A DNA stretch of 64,000 nt from Haliotis rufescens (GCF_023055435.1 NW_025964112.1:25234001-25298000), one strand, 5' to 3'; positions 1 through 16,200 are shown, numbered from the stretch's first letter. Numbers and translations: made by a program. Notes: generated from the sequence alone by a model not told the origin.

Positions 1-3000
1 GATACACACATCCCCACCATGATACACACATCTCCCACCATGATACATACATATACTACCATGATATGCACATCTAACACCAAGATACACACATCTAGCA
101 CCATGATACACACATCTACCACCAAGATACACACGTCTACCACCATGATACACGAATGTATAACCACGATACACACATTAACCACCATGATACACACATA
201 TACTACCATGATATGCACATCTAACATCATGATACACATATCTACCACCATGATAAACACATATACCACAACGATACACACATCTAACACCACGATAAGC
301 ACATCTACCACAACGATACACACATCTACCACATCGATACACACATCAACCACCACGATAAACACATCTACCACCACGATACACATATCAACCACCACGA
401 TACAAACATCTACCCCCATGATACAAACATCTACCACCATGATACACATATCTACCACCCAGATACAGACATCTACCATCATGATATGCACATCTACCAT
501 CAAGAAACACACATCTACCATCATGATATGCACATCTACCATCAAGAAACACACATCTACCATCATGATACACACATATACCACAACGATACACACATCT
601 ACCACCAAGATACACACATCTACCGCCATGATACACACATCAACCCCCATGATATTAAAATCTACCAGAATGTTCCAAATATCTAGCCCCACGACAAACA
701 CATCTACCACCACGAAACACATATCAACCACCCAGAAACAAACATCTACCACCATGATACACACATCTACCAGCATTATATGAACATCTACCACCACGAT
801 ACACACATCTACCACCATGATACACACATCTACCAACATGATATGCACATCTACTACCATGATACACACAACTAACACAATGATACACACATCTACCACC
901 ATGATACACACATCTACCACCAAGATACACACGTCTACCACCATGATACACGAATGTATAACCACGATACACACATCGACCACCATGATACATACATATA
1001 CTACCATGATATGCACATCTAACACCAAGATACACACATCTAGCACCATGATACACACATCTACCACCAAGATACACACGTCTACCACCATGATACACGA
1101 ATGTATAGCCACGATACACACATCTCCCACCATGATACATACATATACTACCATGATATGCACATCTAACATCATGATACACGTATCTACCACCATAATA
1201 CACACATCTTTCACCATGATACACACATCTACCACCAAGATACACACATCTATAACCATGATACACACATCTACCACCATGATACACACTTCTACTACCA
1301 TGATACACACATATACCACCATAATATGCACATCTACCATCATGAAACACACACCTAGCACCATGATACACACATCTACCACCAAGATACACATGCCTAC
1401 CACCATGATACACGAATGTATAACCACGATACACACATCTCCCACCATGATGCACACATATACTACCATGATATGAACATCTAACACCATAATACACACA
1501 TCTTTCACCATGATACACACATCTATGACCAAGATACACACATCTAGCACCATGATACACACATCTACCACCAAGATACACACGTCTACCACCATGATAC
1601 ACGAATGTAAAACCACGATACACACATCTCCCACCATGATACACACATATACTACCATGGTATGCACATCTAACACCAGGATACACACATCTAGCACCAT
1701 AATACACACATCTACCATCAAGAAACACACATCTACCATCATGATACACACATATACCACAACGATACACACATCTACCACCAAGATACACACATCTACC
1801 ACCATGATACACACATCAACCCCCATGATACAAAAATCTACCAGAATGTTCCAAATATCTAGCCCCACGACAAACACATCTACCACCACGAAACACATAT
1901 CAACCACCCAGAAACAAACATCTACCACCATGATACACACATCTACCAGCATTATATGAACATCTACCACCACGATACACACATCTACCACCATGATACA
2001 CACATCTACCAACATGATATGCACATCTACTACCATGATACACACAACTAACACAATGATACACACATCTACCACCATGATACACACATCTACCACCAAG
2101 ATACACACGTCTACCACCATGATACACGAATGTATAACCACGATACACACATCGACCACCATGATACATACATATACTACCATGATATGCACATCTAACA
2201 CCAAGATACACACATCTAGCACCATGATACACACATCTACCACCAAGATACACACGTCTACCACCATGATACACGAATGTATAGCCACGATACACACATC
2301 TCCCACCATGATACACACATATACTACCATGATATGCACATCTAACATCATGATACACGTATCTACCACCATAATACACACATCTTTCACCATGATACAC
2401 ACATCTACCACCAAGATACACACATCTATAACCATGATACACATATCTACCACCATGATACACACATCTACTACCATGATACACACATATACCACCATAA
2501 TATGCACATCTACCATCATGAAACACACACCTAGCACCATGATACACACATCTACCACCAAGATACACATGCCTACCACCATGATACACGAATGTATAAC
2601 CACGATACACACATCTCCCACCATGATGCACACATATACTACCATGATATGAACATCTAACACCATAATACACACATCTTTCACCATGATACACACATCT
2701 ATGACCAAGATACACACATCTAGCACCATGATACACACATCTACCACCAAGATACACACGTCTACCACCATGATACACGAATGTAAAACCACGATACACA
2801 CATCTCCCACCATGATACACACATATACTACCATGGTATGCACATCTAACACCAGGATACACACATCTAGCACCATAATACACACATCTACCACCAAGAT
2901 ACACACGTCTACCACCATGATACACGAATGTTTAACCACGATACACACATCTCCCACCATGATACACACATATACTACCATGATATGCACATCTAACATC

Positions 3001-6000
3001 ATGATACACACATATACCACCATAATACACACATCTTTCACCATGATACACACATCTACCACCAAGATACACACATCCATAACCATGATACACACATCTA
3101 CCACCATAATACACATATCTACTACCATGATACAAACATCGACCACCATGATACACACATCAACTACCATGATGCACACATCTACCACCAAGATACACAC
3201 ATCTATAACCATGATACACACATCTACCACCATAATACACATATCTACTACCATGATACACACATCGACCACCATGATACACACATCAACTACCATGATG
3301 CACACATCTAACACCAAGATACACACATCTCAAACCATGATACACACATCTACCACCATGATACAAACATCTACAACCATGTTACACACATAATCCATGG
3401 TGCTACACACATCTAACACCAAGATATGCACATCTACCATCATGATACATACACCTATCACCATGATACACACATCTACCAGCATGACATGCATATCTAC
3501 CACCTTGATACACACATCAACCACAATGATATGCACATCTACCATCAAGAGACACACCTCTATCACCATGATACACACATTTACCACCATGATACACACA
3601 TCAACCACAATGATATGCACATCTACCATCAAGATACACACCTCTACCGCCATGATACACACATATACCACAACGATACACAAATCTAACACCACGATAA
3701 GCACATCTACCACTACGATACACACATCAATCACCACGATACACACATCAACCACCATGATAAACACATCTACAACCACGATACACATATCAACCACCAT
3801 GATACACACATCTACCCCAATGATACACACATCTACCACCATGATACAAATATCTACCACCCAGATACAAACATCTTCCATCATGATATGCACATCTACC
3901 ATCAAGATACACACGTCTACCACCATGATACACGAATGTATAACCACGATACACACATCAACCACCATGATACACACATCTACCACCATAATACACATAT
4001 CTAATACCATGATACACACATCGAGCACCATGATACACACATCAACTACCATGATACACACATCTAACAGCAAGATACACACATCTACCACCATGATACA
4101 CACATCTACCACCAAGATACACACGTCTACCACCATGATACACGAATGTATAACCACGATACACACATCTCCCACCATGATACACATATACTACCATGAT
4201 ATGCACATCTAACATCATGATACACATATCTACCACAATGATATACACATCTTTCACCATGATACACACATCAACCACCAAGATACACACATCTATAACC
4301 ATGATACACACATCTACCACAATGATACACACATCTATCACCATGATACACACATATATCATGGTGCTACACATATCTACCACCATGATATGCACATCTA
4401 CCATCATGATAAACACACCTATCACCATGATACACACATCTACCAGCAAGATGCACACATCTACCACCATGAAACACACATCTGCCACCACGATACAAAC
4501 ATCTACCATCATGACATGCATATCTACCACCATGATACACACATCTACCACCATGATACACACATCAATCACAATGATATGCACATCTACCATCAAGATA
4601 CACATCTCTACCACCATGATACACACATATACCACAACGATTCACACATCTAACACCAAGATAAGCACATCTACCACCACATCGGAGGGCGATTTTTTAT
4701 CGTCGACGCAGTCGCTCTGTCAGTCAAGTTTTTTTAGGTAGAGGTATTACATAACGCGGGGCAAGGTCAGTGACCTACGTACATGCACAAACGTTTGTTT
4801 TGTTTGTTTGTGTGTTAAACCGTACACTCACCAATATTCCAGCTATATGATGGCGATGTGTAAATAATCGAGGTTTGGCCAGACTATCCAGTGATTGACA
4901 TAATGAGCTTCGATCCACATAATTGGGATACAGTGACATGCATCAACCAAGTCAAGCGAGCCTTACCACCCGATCCCGTTAGTCGCCTCATGGTCGCCTT
5001 TTACCACATCTGTCACCATGATATGAACATCTACCGGCATGATACACACATGTACCAACATGATATCCACATCTAACCCATGATATGCACATCTACCACC
5101 ACCATGCACACATCTTCAACCATAATAAGCACATCTTCCACCATGATACACACATCTTCCACCATAATACAAACATCTACCACCACGATACACACATCTT
5201 CTACCACAATACTCACATCTACCACCAAGATAAGCACATCTACCACCACGATACACACATCAACCACCACGAAACACACATCAAACACCACGATAAATAC
5301 ATCTACCACCACGATACACATATCAACTACCAAGATACACACGTCTACCACCATGATACACGAATGTATAACCACGATACACACATCTCCCACCATGATG
5401 CACACATATACTACCATGATATGCACATCTAACATCATGATACACATATCTACCACCATAATACACACATCTTTCACCATGATGCACACATCTACCACCA
5501 AGATACACACATCTAGCACCATGATACACACATCTACCACCATGATACACATATCCACTACCATGATACACACATATACCACCATAATATGCACATCTAC
5601 CATCAGGAAACACACACCTAGCACCATGATACACACATCTACCAACAAGATACACACGTCTACAACCATGATACACGAATGTATAACTACCATACACATA
5701 TCTCCCACCATGATGCACACATATACTACCATGATATTCACATCTAACATCATGATACACACATCTTTCACCATGATACACACATCTACCACCATGATTT
5801 GCACATCTAACATCATGATACACATATCTACCACCATAATACACACATCTTTCACCATGATACACACATCTACCACCAAGATACACACATCTATAACTAT
5901 GATACACACATCTACCACCATGATACACACATATACCATGGTGCTAAACTCATGTACCACCATGATATGCACATCTACGATCATGATACACATACCTATC

Positions 6001-9000
6001 ACCATGATACACACATCTACCAGCATGATACAAACATCTACCATCATGAGATGCATATCTACCACCATGATACACACATCTACCACCATGATACACACAT
6101 CAACCACAATGATATGCACATCCACAATCAAGATACACACCTGTACCACCATGATACACACATCAACCACAATGATATGCACATCTACCATCAAGATACA
6201 CATCTCTACCACCATGATAAACACATATACCACAACGATACACACATCTAACACCACGATAAGCACATCTACCACCACGATACACACATCAACCACCACG
6301 ATACACACATCAACCACCACGATAAACACATCTACCACCACGATACACATATCAACCACCACGATAAACACATCTACCACCACGATACACATATCAACCA
6401 CCACGATACACACATCTACCCCCATGATACAAACATCTACCACCATGATACACATATCTACCACCCAGATACAAACATCTACCATCATGATATGCACATC
6501 TACCATCAAGAAACACGCATCTACCTTCATGATACACACATATACCACAACGATACACACATCTACCACCAAGATACACACATCTACCGCCATGATATAC
6601 ACATCTCCCCCCATGATACAAAAATCTACGAGAATGTTCCAAATATCTACCCCCACGACAAACACATCTACCATCACGATACACATATCAACCACCCAGA
6701 TACATACATCTACCACCATGATACACACATCTACCAGTATTATATGAACATCTACCACCACGATACACACATCTACCACCATGATACACACATCTACCAA
6801 CATGATATGCACATCTACTACTATGATACACACAACTAACACAATGATACACATATCTACCACCATGATACACACATCTACCACCAAGATACACACGTCT
6901 ACCACCATGATACACGAATGTATAACCACGATACACACATCTCCCACCATGATACATACATATACTACCATGATATGTACATCTAACACCTAGATACACA
7001 TATCTAGCACCATGATAAACACATCTACCACCAAGATACACATTTCTACCACCATGATAATACGAGCTACCATCATGATATACACATGTACCACTATGAT
7101 ACACATATCCAGCGCCATCATACACACATATACTACCTTGACATGCACATCTAACATCATGATACAAATATCTACCACCATGATACACACATCTACTACA
7201 AATATACACACGGCTATCACCATGATACACACATCTACCAACATGATACAAACATCTACCATCATGATATGCACACCTACCAACATGATATGCACATCTA
7301 CAACCATGATATGTATATCTACCACCATGATACACACATCTACCACCATGATACACACATCTACCACAAAGATACACCCATCCACCACCACAATACACAC
7401 ATCTATCTACATGGTACAAATATCTACCTACATGATACACACATCTACCACCAAGATACACACGGCTATCACCATGATACATACATCTACCAACATGATA
7501 CAAACAGCTACCATCATGATATGCACATGTACCACTATGATAAACATATCAACCACCATGATACACAGATCTACCACCATGATACACACATCTACCACCA
7601 TGATACACACATCTACCGCCATGACACACACATCTACCACCAATATACAAACGGCTATCACCATGATACACACATCTACCAACATGATACACACATCTAC
7701 CGCCATGACACACACATCTACCACCAATATACAAACGGCTATCACCATGATACACACATCTACCAACATGATACAAACAGCTACCATCATGATATGCACA
7801 TCTACCAACATGATATGCACATCTACTACCATGATATGTATATCTACCACCATGATACACACATCTACCGCCATGATACACACATCTACCACAACGATAC
7901 ACACATCTACCACAATGAAACACACATTTTCCACCACGATATGCAAATCTACCAACATTATACACACATCTATCACCATGATACTCACATCTACACCCAA
8001 GATACACACATCTATCGCCATCATTTTAACATCTACCACCACGATATCACGAGCTACCATCATGATATACACATGTACCACTATGATACACATATCCAGC
8101 GCCATGATACACACATCTACCACCATGATAAACACATCTACCACAACAATACAGACATCTCCCATTATGATACACACATTTACCACCATGATATGCACAT
8201 CTACCGCCATGATACACACAGCTAGCACCATGATACACACATCTACAACCAAGATACACATATCTATCACCATGATATGCACATCTACCACCACGATATC
8301 ACGAGCTACCATCATGATATGCACATGTACCACTATGATACAAATACCTACCTGCAAATTACACACATCTATTACCATGAAACACATATCTACCGCCATG
8401 ACACACACATCTACCACCTTGATATGCATAACTACCACCATGATACACACATTTACCACCATTATACACACATCCACAACCTTGATATGCATATCTACCA
8501 CCACGATACACACATTTACCACCATTATACACACATCTACCACCATGATATGCACATCTACCATCATGATGAACACATCTACCAACGCGATACAAACATG
8601 TACAACCACGATACATACATCTACCACAATGATAAACACATCTACCAACATGATATGCACGTCTATCACCATGATACACACATCTACAACCAAGATATAC
8701 ACATCTACCACCATGATATGCAGATCTACCAACATCATATGTATATCTACCACCATGAAACACACATCTACCACCATGATACACAGATCTACCTCCGTGA
8801 TATGCACATCTACCTTCATGATATGTATATCTACAACCATAATACACACATCTACCACCATCATACACACATCTACCACTATGAAATGCACATCTACCAT
8901 CATGATACACATATCTACCACCAAGATAAACACATCTGTCACCATGATATGAACATCTACAACCATGATACACACATCTACAACCATGATACACACATCT

Positions 9001-10057
9001 ACCACAACGATACACACATCTACCACCATGATATGCACATCTACCACCACGATACATACATATACCACAACGATACACACATCTACCTACATGATATGTA
9101 CATCTACTACCAAGATACAAACATTTGTCACCATTATACACACGTGTTCCGCCATGATACACACATCTACCACCATGATGCAAACATCCACAACAACGAT
9201 ACACACATCTACCCCCGTGATATACATATTTGTCACCATGATACACACATCTACCACCATGATATGCACATCTGCCACCATGAAACACACATCTACCACC
9301 GTGATATACACATCTGTCACCATGATATGAACATCTACCACCATGAGATGCACATCTACAACCATAATACACACATCTACCACCGTGATATACACATCTG
9401 TCACCATATTGTGAACATCTACCACCATGATACACACATCTACAACCATGATACACACATCTACCACCATGATACAAGTATATACCACCATGATATGCAC
9501 ATCTGCCACCATGAAACACACATCTACCACCGTGATATACACATCTGTCACCATGATATGAACATCTACCGGCATGATACACACATGTACCAACATGATA
9601 TCCACATCTAACCCATGATATGCACATCTACCACCACCATGCACACATCTTCAACCATAATAAGCACATCTTCCACCATGATACACACATCTTCCACCAT
9701 AATACAAACATCTACCACCACGATACACACATCTTCTACCACAATACTCACATCTACCACCATGATACACACATATATTACCATGATACACACATCTACC
9801 ACCATGATACACACATCTACCACCACGATACCCACATCTTCAACCATTATATGCACATGTTTAACCATGATACACACATCTGCCACAATGATATGCACAT
9901 CTACCGCCACTATACACACATCTACAACCATGATACACACATCTACCGCCATGATACACATATCTATCAATATGATATGCACATCTACCACCATGATACA
10001 CACATCAACCACCATGATACACACATCTACCACCATGATACACACATCTACCACCAC
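1..10057. repeat. 21-bp tandem satellite, consensus CACCATGATACACACATCTAC, interrupted at 4681-5003
   Basis: The unit is visible throughout. It yields heptad translations (MIHTSTT, HHDTHIY, YHGGRCV, MVVDVCI) in the ORF track. Confidence 0.97.
4793..5003 (-). mobile_element. Truncated SINE-like retroposon inside the 21-bp array
   Basis: (GTTT)n tail followed by ...caatattccagctatatga...taaataatcgag...ccacccgatcccgttagtcgcctc, clearly homologous to the fuller copy at 36618-36887. Confidence 0.85.
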
Positions 10058-12200
10058 TAATAATGCACTACACTGACATAGTAACTAACATTGTACTACA
10101 CCGACATAGCAAATAACATTGAACTACACTGACATATCAAATAACATTGAACTACACTGACATGGTAACTAACATTGCACTACACTGACATGGTAACTAA
10201 CATTACACTACACTGACATGATAACTAACATTGCACTACACTGACATAGCAACTAACATTGCACGACACTTACATAGTAACTAACATTGCACGACACTGA
10301 CATGATAACTAACATTGCACTACACTGACATAGTAACTAACATTGCACTACATTGACATAGCAAATAACATTGCACTACACTGACATAGCAAATAACATT
10401 GCACTACACTGACATGATAACTAACATTGCACTACACTGACATGGTAACTAACATTGCACTACACTGAGATGGTAACCAACATTCCACTCTTCTGACATT
10501 AAACTAACATTGCACTACTGTGACATGGTAACTAGCATTGCACTACATTGACATGGTAACTAATATTGCACTACACCGACATGGTAACTAACATTGCACT
10601 ACACTGACATGGTAACTAACATTGTACTAAATTGATATGGTAACTAACATTGCACTACACTGACATAGTAACTAACATTGCACTACATTGACATGGTAAC
10701 TAACATTGCACTACACTGACATGGTAACTAACATTGCACTGCACTGACATGATAACTAACATTGCACTACAATGACATGGTAACTAACATTGCACTACAC
10801 TGACATGGTAACTAACATTGCACTACACTGACATGATAACCAACATTCCACTCTTCTGACATTAAACTAACATTGCACTACACTGACATGGTAACTAGCA
10901 TTGCACTACATTGACATGGTAACTAATATTGCACTACACCGACATGGTAACTAACATTGCACTACACTGACATGGTAACTAACATTGCACTACACTGACA
11001 TAGTAACTAACATTGCACTACACTGACATGGTAACTAACATTGTACTAAATTGATATGGTAACTAACATTGCACTACACTGACATAGTAACTAACATTGC
11101 ACTACACTGACATGGTAACTAACATTGCACTGCACTGACATGATAACTAACATTGCACTACACTGACATGGTAACTAACATTGCACTACACTGACATGGT
11201 AACTAACATTGCACTACACTGACATGGACACCAACATTCCACTCTTCTGACATTAAAATAACATTGCACTACACTGACATGGTAACTAACATTGCACTTC
11301 ACTGACATGGTAATTAACATTGCACTACACTGACATAGTAACTAACATTGCACTACACTGACATGGTAACTAACATTGCACTGCACTGACATGATAACTA
11401 ACATTGCACTACACTGACATGGTAACTAACATTGCACTACACTGACATGGTAACTAACATTGTACTAAATTGATATGGTTACTAACATTGCACTACACTG
11501 ACATGGTAACTAACATTGCACTACACTGACATGGTAACTAACATTGCACTACACTGACATGGTAACTCACATTGCACTACACTGACATGGTAGCTACAGT
11601 TGCACTACACTGACATGGTAAGTTATTTTGCACTACACTGACATGGTAACTGACATCGCACTACATTGACATTGTAACTAACATTGCTCTACACTGACAT
11701 GGTAACTAACATTTCACTACATTGACATGATAACTAATATTGCACTACACTGACATGGTAACTCACTTTGCACTACACTGACATGGTAGCTACAATTGCA
11801 CTACACTGACATGGTAAGTTTTATTGCACTACACTGACATGGTAACTGACATCGCACTACATTGACATTGTAACTAACATTGCACTACACTGACATGGTA
11901 ACTAACATTGCAGTACATTGACATGGTAAATGACATCGTACTATATTGACATGATAAGTAACATTGCACTGTACTGACATGGTAACTAACATTGCAGTAC
12001 ATTGACATGGTAAATGACATCGTACTATATTGACATGATAAGTAACATTGCACTGTACTGACATGGTAACTAACATTGCACTACACCGACATGGTAACTG
12101 ATATTGCACTACACTGACATGGTAACTAACACTGCACTATTCTGACATGGTAACTGACATCGTACTATATTGACATGGTAACTAAGATCGCTCTACACTG
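10058..12200. repeat. 28-bp tandem satellite, consensus CACTACACTGACATGGTAACTAACATTG
   Basis: Period 28 (aacattgcac at 10981 and 11009). It starts where the 21-mer ends and stops at the Polinton terminus. Confidence 0.96.
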
Positions 12201-12321
12201 AGTGGTATAGGTAATGGGGTTTCTGGCTCACTTCCACTCGCGCCAGATTTATACGCAATGCTGCTTCTAGAGAGGGATTTTTTTAAGCAAAAATGATGAT
12301 GCGATTCAATGATCGTCACGA
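12201..12321 (+). repeat. Left terminal inverted repeat of the Polinton
   Basis: agtggtatag...gccagatttata...agagggatttttttaagcaaaaatgatgatgcgattcaatgatcgtca matches the reverse complement of 30302-30423. Confidence 0.9.
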
Positions 12322-12354
12322 TTCGTTTTAAAAGAATCATCAATATTAATTAAT

Positions 12355-13262
12355 AATGAATAAAATTAACTATAGCCCACGAGGATATTGGAAAGGTATA
12401 AGAGCAATACAAAAATTAGAGACTGCGACTAAGGTCTCTAAAGATGTGGCCAAGGATTGGCTAAAGAAACAAGCGATGTGACAAATGTACTTACCGGCAT
12501 CGCCTTATATCACGAGGAAGAAGTTTGATATTTTTACAACGAATGAAGTTCACCAGGCTGACCTCTTGCCATGGACCGCAAAACATATAAATACACTTTA
12601 ACTGTAGTGGATGTGGCTAGTCGCTACAAGGAGGCTGAACCGTTAACCTCGAACTATTCAACAGAAGTAGCTAATGCACTGAGCTGCATATATAAACGCG
12701 GACCACTAAAATGGCCCAAGTTATATCAAGTAGATCCTGGTCGTGAGTTTATGGGATACAGTAACTAAACTGTTAACAAATCACGATGTCGAAATCAGGC
12801 ATGTTGAAAAAGAGGCCCACCGTAGTCAAGCTATCGTTAAAAGATTTAACCGGACATTAGCGGAACGTTTGTTTGGATATCAGTATGGGATTCAAATAAA
12901 ATCAGATCGATTAAGATCAACCGAATGGGTGACACGATTATCAGCTGTTGTATCAGCACTGAATAATGAAGTAACGAGATTAATCAGGTAAGCAACCATC
13001 CGATGTGGTTAAAATGAAATCTGTGACTTCCGAATCTTCAGCACCGAAGAGAGGCAAAGAACAAAACCTTCCGGATAGAGTAAGCTTAAGATATTTATAC
13101 CAACCCAGTGAACTCGAAGAAGGCCAACGTCGTGCAACCAATCCGATTTGGTCTCTTAAGATATATAACATAAGTCGGTTGGTTATGACAGAAGGAGAGC
13201 CTATTCTTTATTATCTTCAAGATGGACCGGGCAGGGGAGTTGCCCATAGTCCCCAGCAATAG
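12355..13262 (+). pseudogene. Retroviral-like (rve/DDE) integrase of the Polinton, frameshifted
   Basis: PRGYWKG, NEVHQADL, YTLTVVDVASRYKEAEPL, QVDPGREFMG, V(K)RFNRTLAERL and RRATNPIWSL are spread over several ORF fragments. Confidence 0.9.
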
Positions 13263-16200
13263 AGTATTACCACCATAACCATAAGCATAGGTAGTAACAC
13301 CATCCTTATCAATCCATCTCTTTGTATCTAAGGGGAATAATGATGTCTTGTGCATTCTTAATCCATATATCCTGTGATTGTCACTTCTTAAAGTGTTCAT
13401 CTCGTGTTTGAATGTTCTGCCATTGAATAATGCTTCTTTATACTGTTCGTGTTTGATTTGTTTTTTAACCACATACTTCTTAACGCCTTTAAATTTTCTT
13501 ATCTCTCCATTATCGGACTTCTTTAAAGAATATATCTTAGGTCTTCATCCAGCATACTCCGCAATAGGGGTCCCAGCACATTCATCCTTCATCTTACCTA
13601 ACACCTTTTTATTTAATACGCTGTGCAGTGGATTATCTTTTGGGTAATCGCTCGTGTCGTACATACCTATTTTTTCTGCCATATCTTTATACACATCCTC
13701 GGTTTGTATTTCCATCAACAAAGAATCTGTGTCGGTATATAACACCTCGCATCTATCACTGAATTGGTTCTTAAGTTTGTTGTAATAAAAGTCATACATG
13801 AAGTGTTTTGACAAGTCAAGAATACTCATACCAACGTACACCAGTCTGTTGAATTTTATATTACTCTAGTGCATATGAAGTGCAGCTAGGTCGTTATCAA
13901 ATATCTTGCTTCTGTTAAAAGCCGGACTGGCTATAAGTTTCCTGAGTCTTTCGTCCATCAACATGCTTCCTTGGATTTTCCATAGTTTTTTCAAAGCTAT
14001 TCATGAGCTTATATAGGTTCTTTTCGAAATCGCTGGTAGCCATCTTTCTTAAATCTGTGTTCATCCTTATGTAGGGCTCCATCGAAGGTCTTTGATCAAA
14101 CTTTAGTATTTTCTTTAGTTTCATGACTAACGATAGATATAACTGGAGGTTACTGTAGTGAACTATATATTTTGTCTTATCCATCAAATTTGGTCCGAGT
14201 TTTTCTACATTAGCTAACCTAGTATTGCCCATCAAGGAGTGTTGATATTCCGACATCCAATCTTTATTAACCATTAATCTTTCGGGAGCTAGCGGATAAC
14301 TGTTATGGTCTTTATGCAACTCTTTTGGATATTCCAAGACAACTTCTAGTATGTACCCTTTATTCGCATCGATATTGTGGATATCATTCACATCGACCCA
14401 CTCAAAACCACCCGTGGGTAAAGGTCGAATCAGAGCCCATCCATACAAATTGTTGGCATCGAGATATAATATGTGAGTGTCGGGTTTACTCGGATCATAT
14501 CCTTCCACTAATTTATTATTAGCCTTAGAATACCTTTTTGCTGTCAACGATATACCACCTCTTAATCCTTTCTCAACAAACAAGTGCATATCATAATCAG
14601 TGAGTAGTTTTAGTCTTCTTCAACAATGCATCCCACAATAGTCCGGGAATGGAATAGTACCATGCCGGGTCCAAGCTGTATTGTTTTAAACATGTCTATA
14701 TAGGATATACACCTTTTCTCAACAACAAATGTCGTGTTAACCTTTCGGAATATTGATTTGTTATGGCAAAGTCATAGGGATTGTTCGCATTAGCTTAATT
14801 GTCCAGGGAAGATAACAGAAACTGCACGGAGTCTATGAATCTAAGCCTATTACATTGCTTTGTTCTAGCTTTCCCATCCTTTTCCGTATAATGTAAAGTT
14901 TTAGTCAACGAGAATTAGATATATTTTTCCATATTATTAGGAATACACGTTAAGCCGCCATCGGTCTTTGAGATAGCTTGCATAATGAGGTGAGAATCAT
15001 ATCCTCTAAGGTTGTGAAACACACCGTGGATGGGTATTGTTTGAGATATCATTTTTGTTTCAAGTTACACTAGTTATGCACGGCTCTCCGATAATTTCTC
15101 GTGACGTGGCAATGATCTCTTACGGAATCCCCATTCAGGGGTTTATAACATGACAAATTGTTGACTTCTTATAGGCCCTCCAATCACCCCTCGTAATACA
15201 CATGTGTTTCTTTCGCGATAAGTTTTCTCTGATAATTCTCTCTTTGTTTTGTAGGTATTCTAGGAACTTTTCCGCGGCGTCATACCAAAAGACGTTAAAA
15301 GATGGTACTTGTTGTTACCCTGTCTGGCGCTCGGCATAAAGGGGCTAAAACAAGGACTGGTGGGCTCGGAGTCAGTATACTGTGTCTGAGTTGTGTATTC
15401 ATGTTAAACTACGGCATGGTATTTCAGTGAGCTAGCACTATAAATTGGCATCAGTCCGGACTAGTACAAGCAGCCACACAAAGACATACACGTATATGCA
15501 CGTCGCTATATAAGTGCAATAATCTTGGACGCGATGTTAAACCCAATTCACCTCACCTCACCTCACCACAAGGAATATATTCTTGAGTTTTGTATGTAAA
15601 ACTACCTTCAGTATTGTGTTCCTTATTTTCTATAGGTTTGATAAGTGCTTCGAAGTCAGTGTAAATTATGTACGGTACAGGCATTTGATTACAATAATGT
15701 TCAAATTTTAGTATATTTTTTCCCTCTTTAGGCATTACAAGCTTGATAGCAGTCTGTCCAACACCTCTGCAGTCTTCTTTATGTGCTTCTAATAGATCTT
15801 GTCTGCTGTACCCATGCAGGCATCTTTCACCGAAATACTTCTTTTTCTTATGTTTTGTTTGATTGCATAATAGCCTGCTGAAACTCTTTATCCACGTATA
15901 ATGATATTTACAATCTTTTTTTATCAGAAATGTATTGATTCTGGGAATATATGCTGGGGCGGAGCTTATCCTGTGTACAACAATTCCTTTAAGAGAATGT
16001 CCGAAACGTTTATAGCTAAATTATTTTGATTTTCTGCCTTATCAATTTGTGAGATTGGTGTAGGTTCATCTATACCATCAAGGTTGAGTCCGTCGTTTTG
16101 GGGATAGCTAGAACGTCTACCCGGATTTTTGTCTGCGGGGAACATGGCAGATCTTATCATCATTCTGAAACAGTCATCACCTTTATTTTTTACATTAATT

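Noticed and set aside
4672-4700. Resemblance of taccaccacatcggagggcgatttttta to the Polinton TIR (taccaccactacagagggattttttta)
   Set aside because: It is under 30 bp, half comes from the satellite unit, and the similarity does not extend.
19-10076. Dozens of long ORFs as real genes (mucin-like, His-rich, keratin-associated-like)
   Set aside because: They are overlapping frames of a 21-bp repeat on both strands with no unique sequence, so they are not called as CDS.
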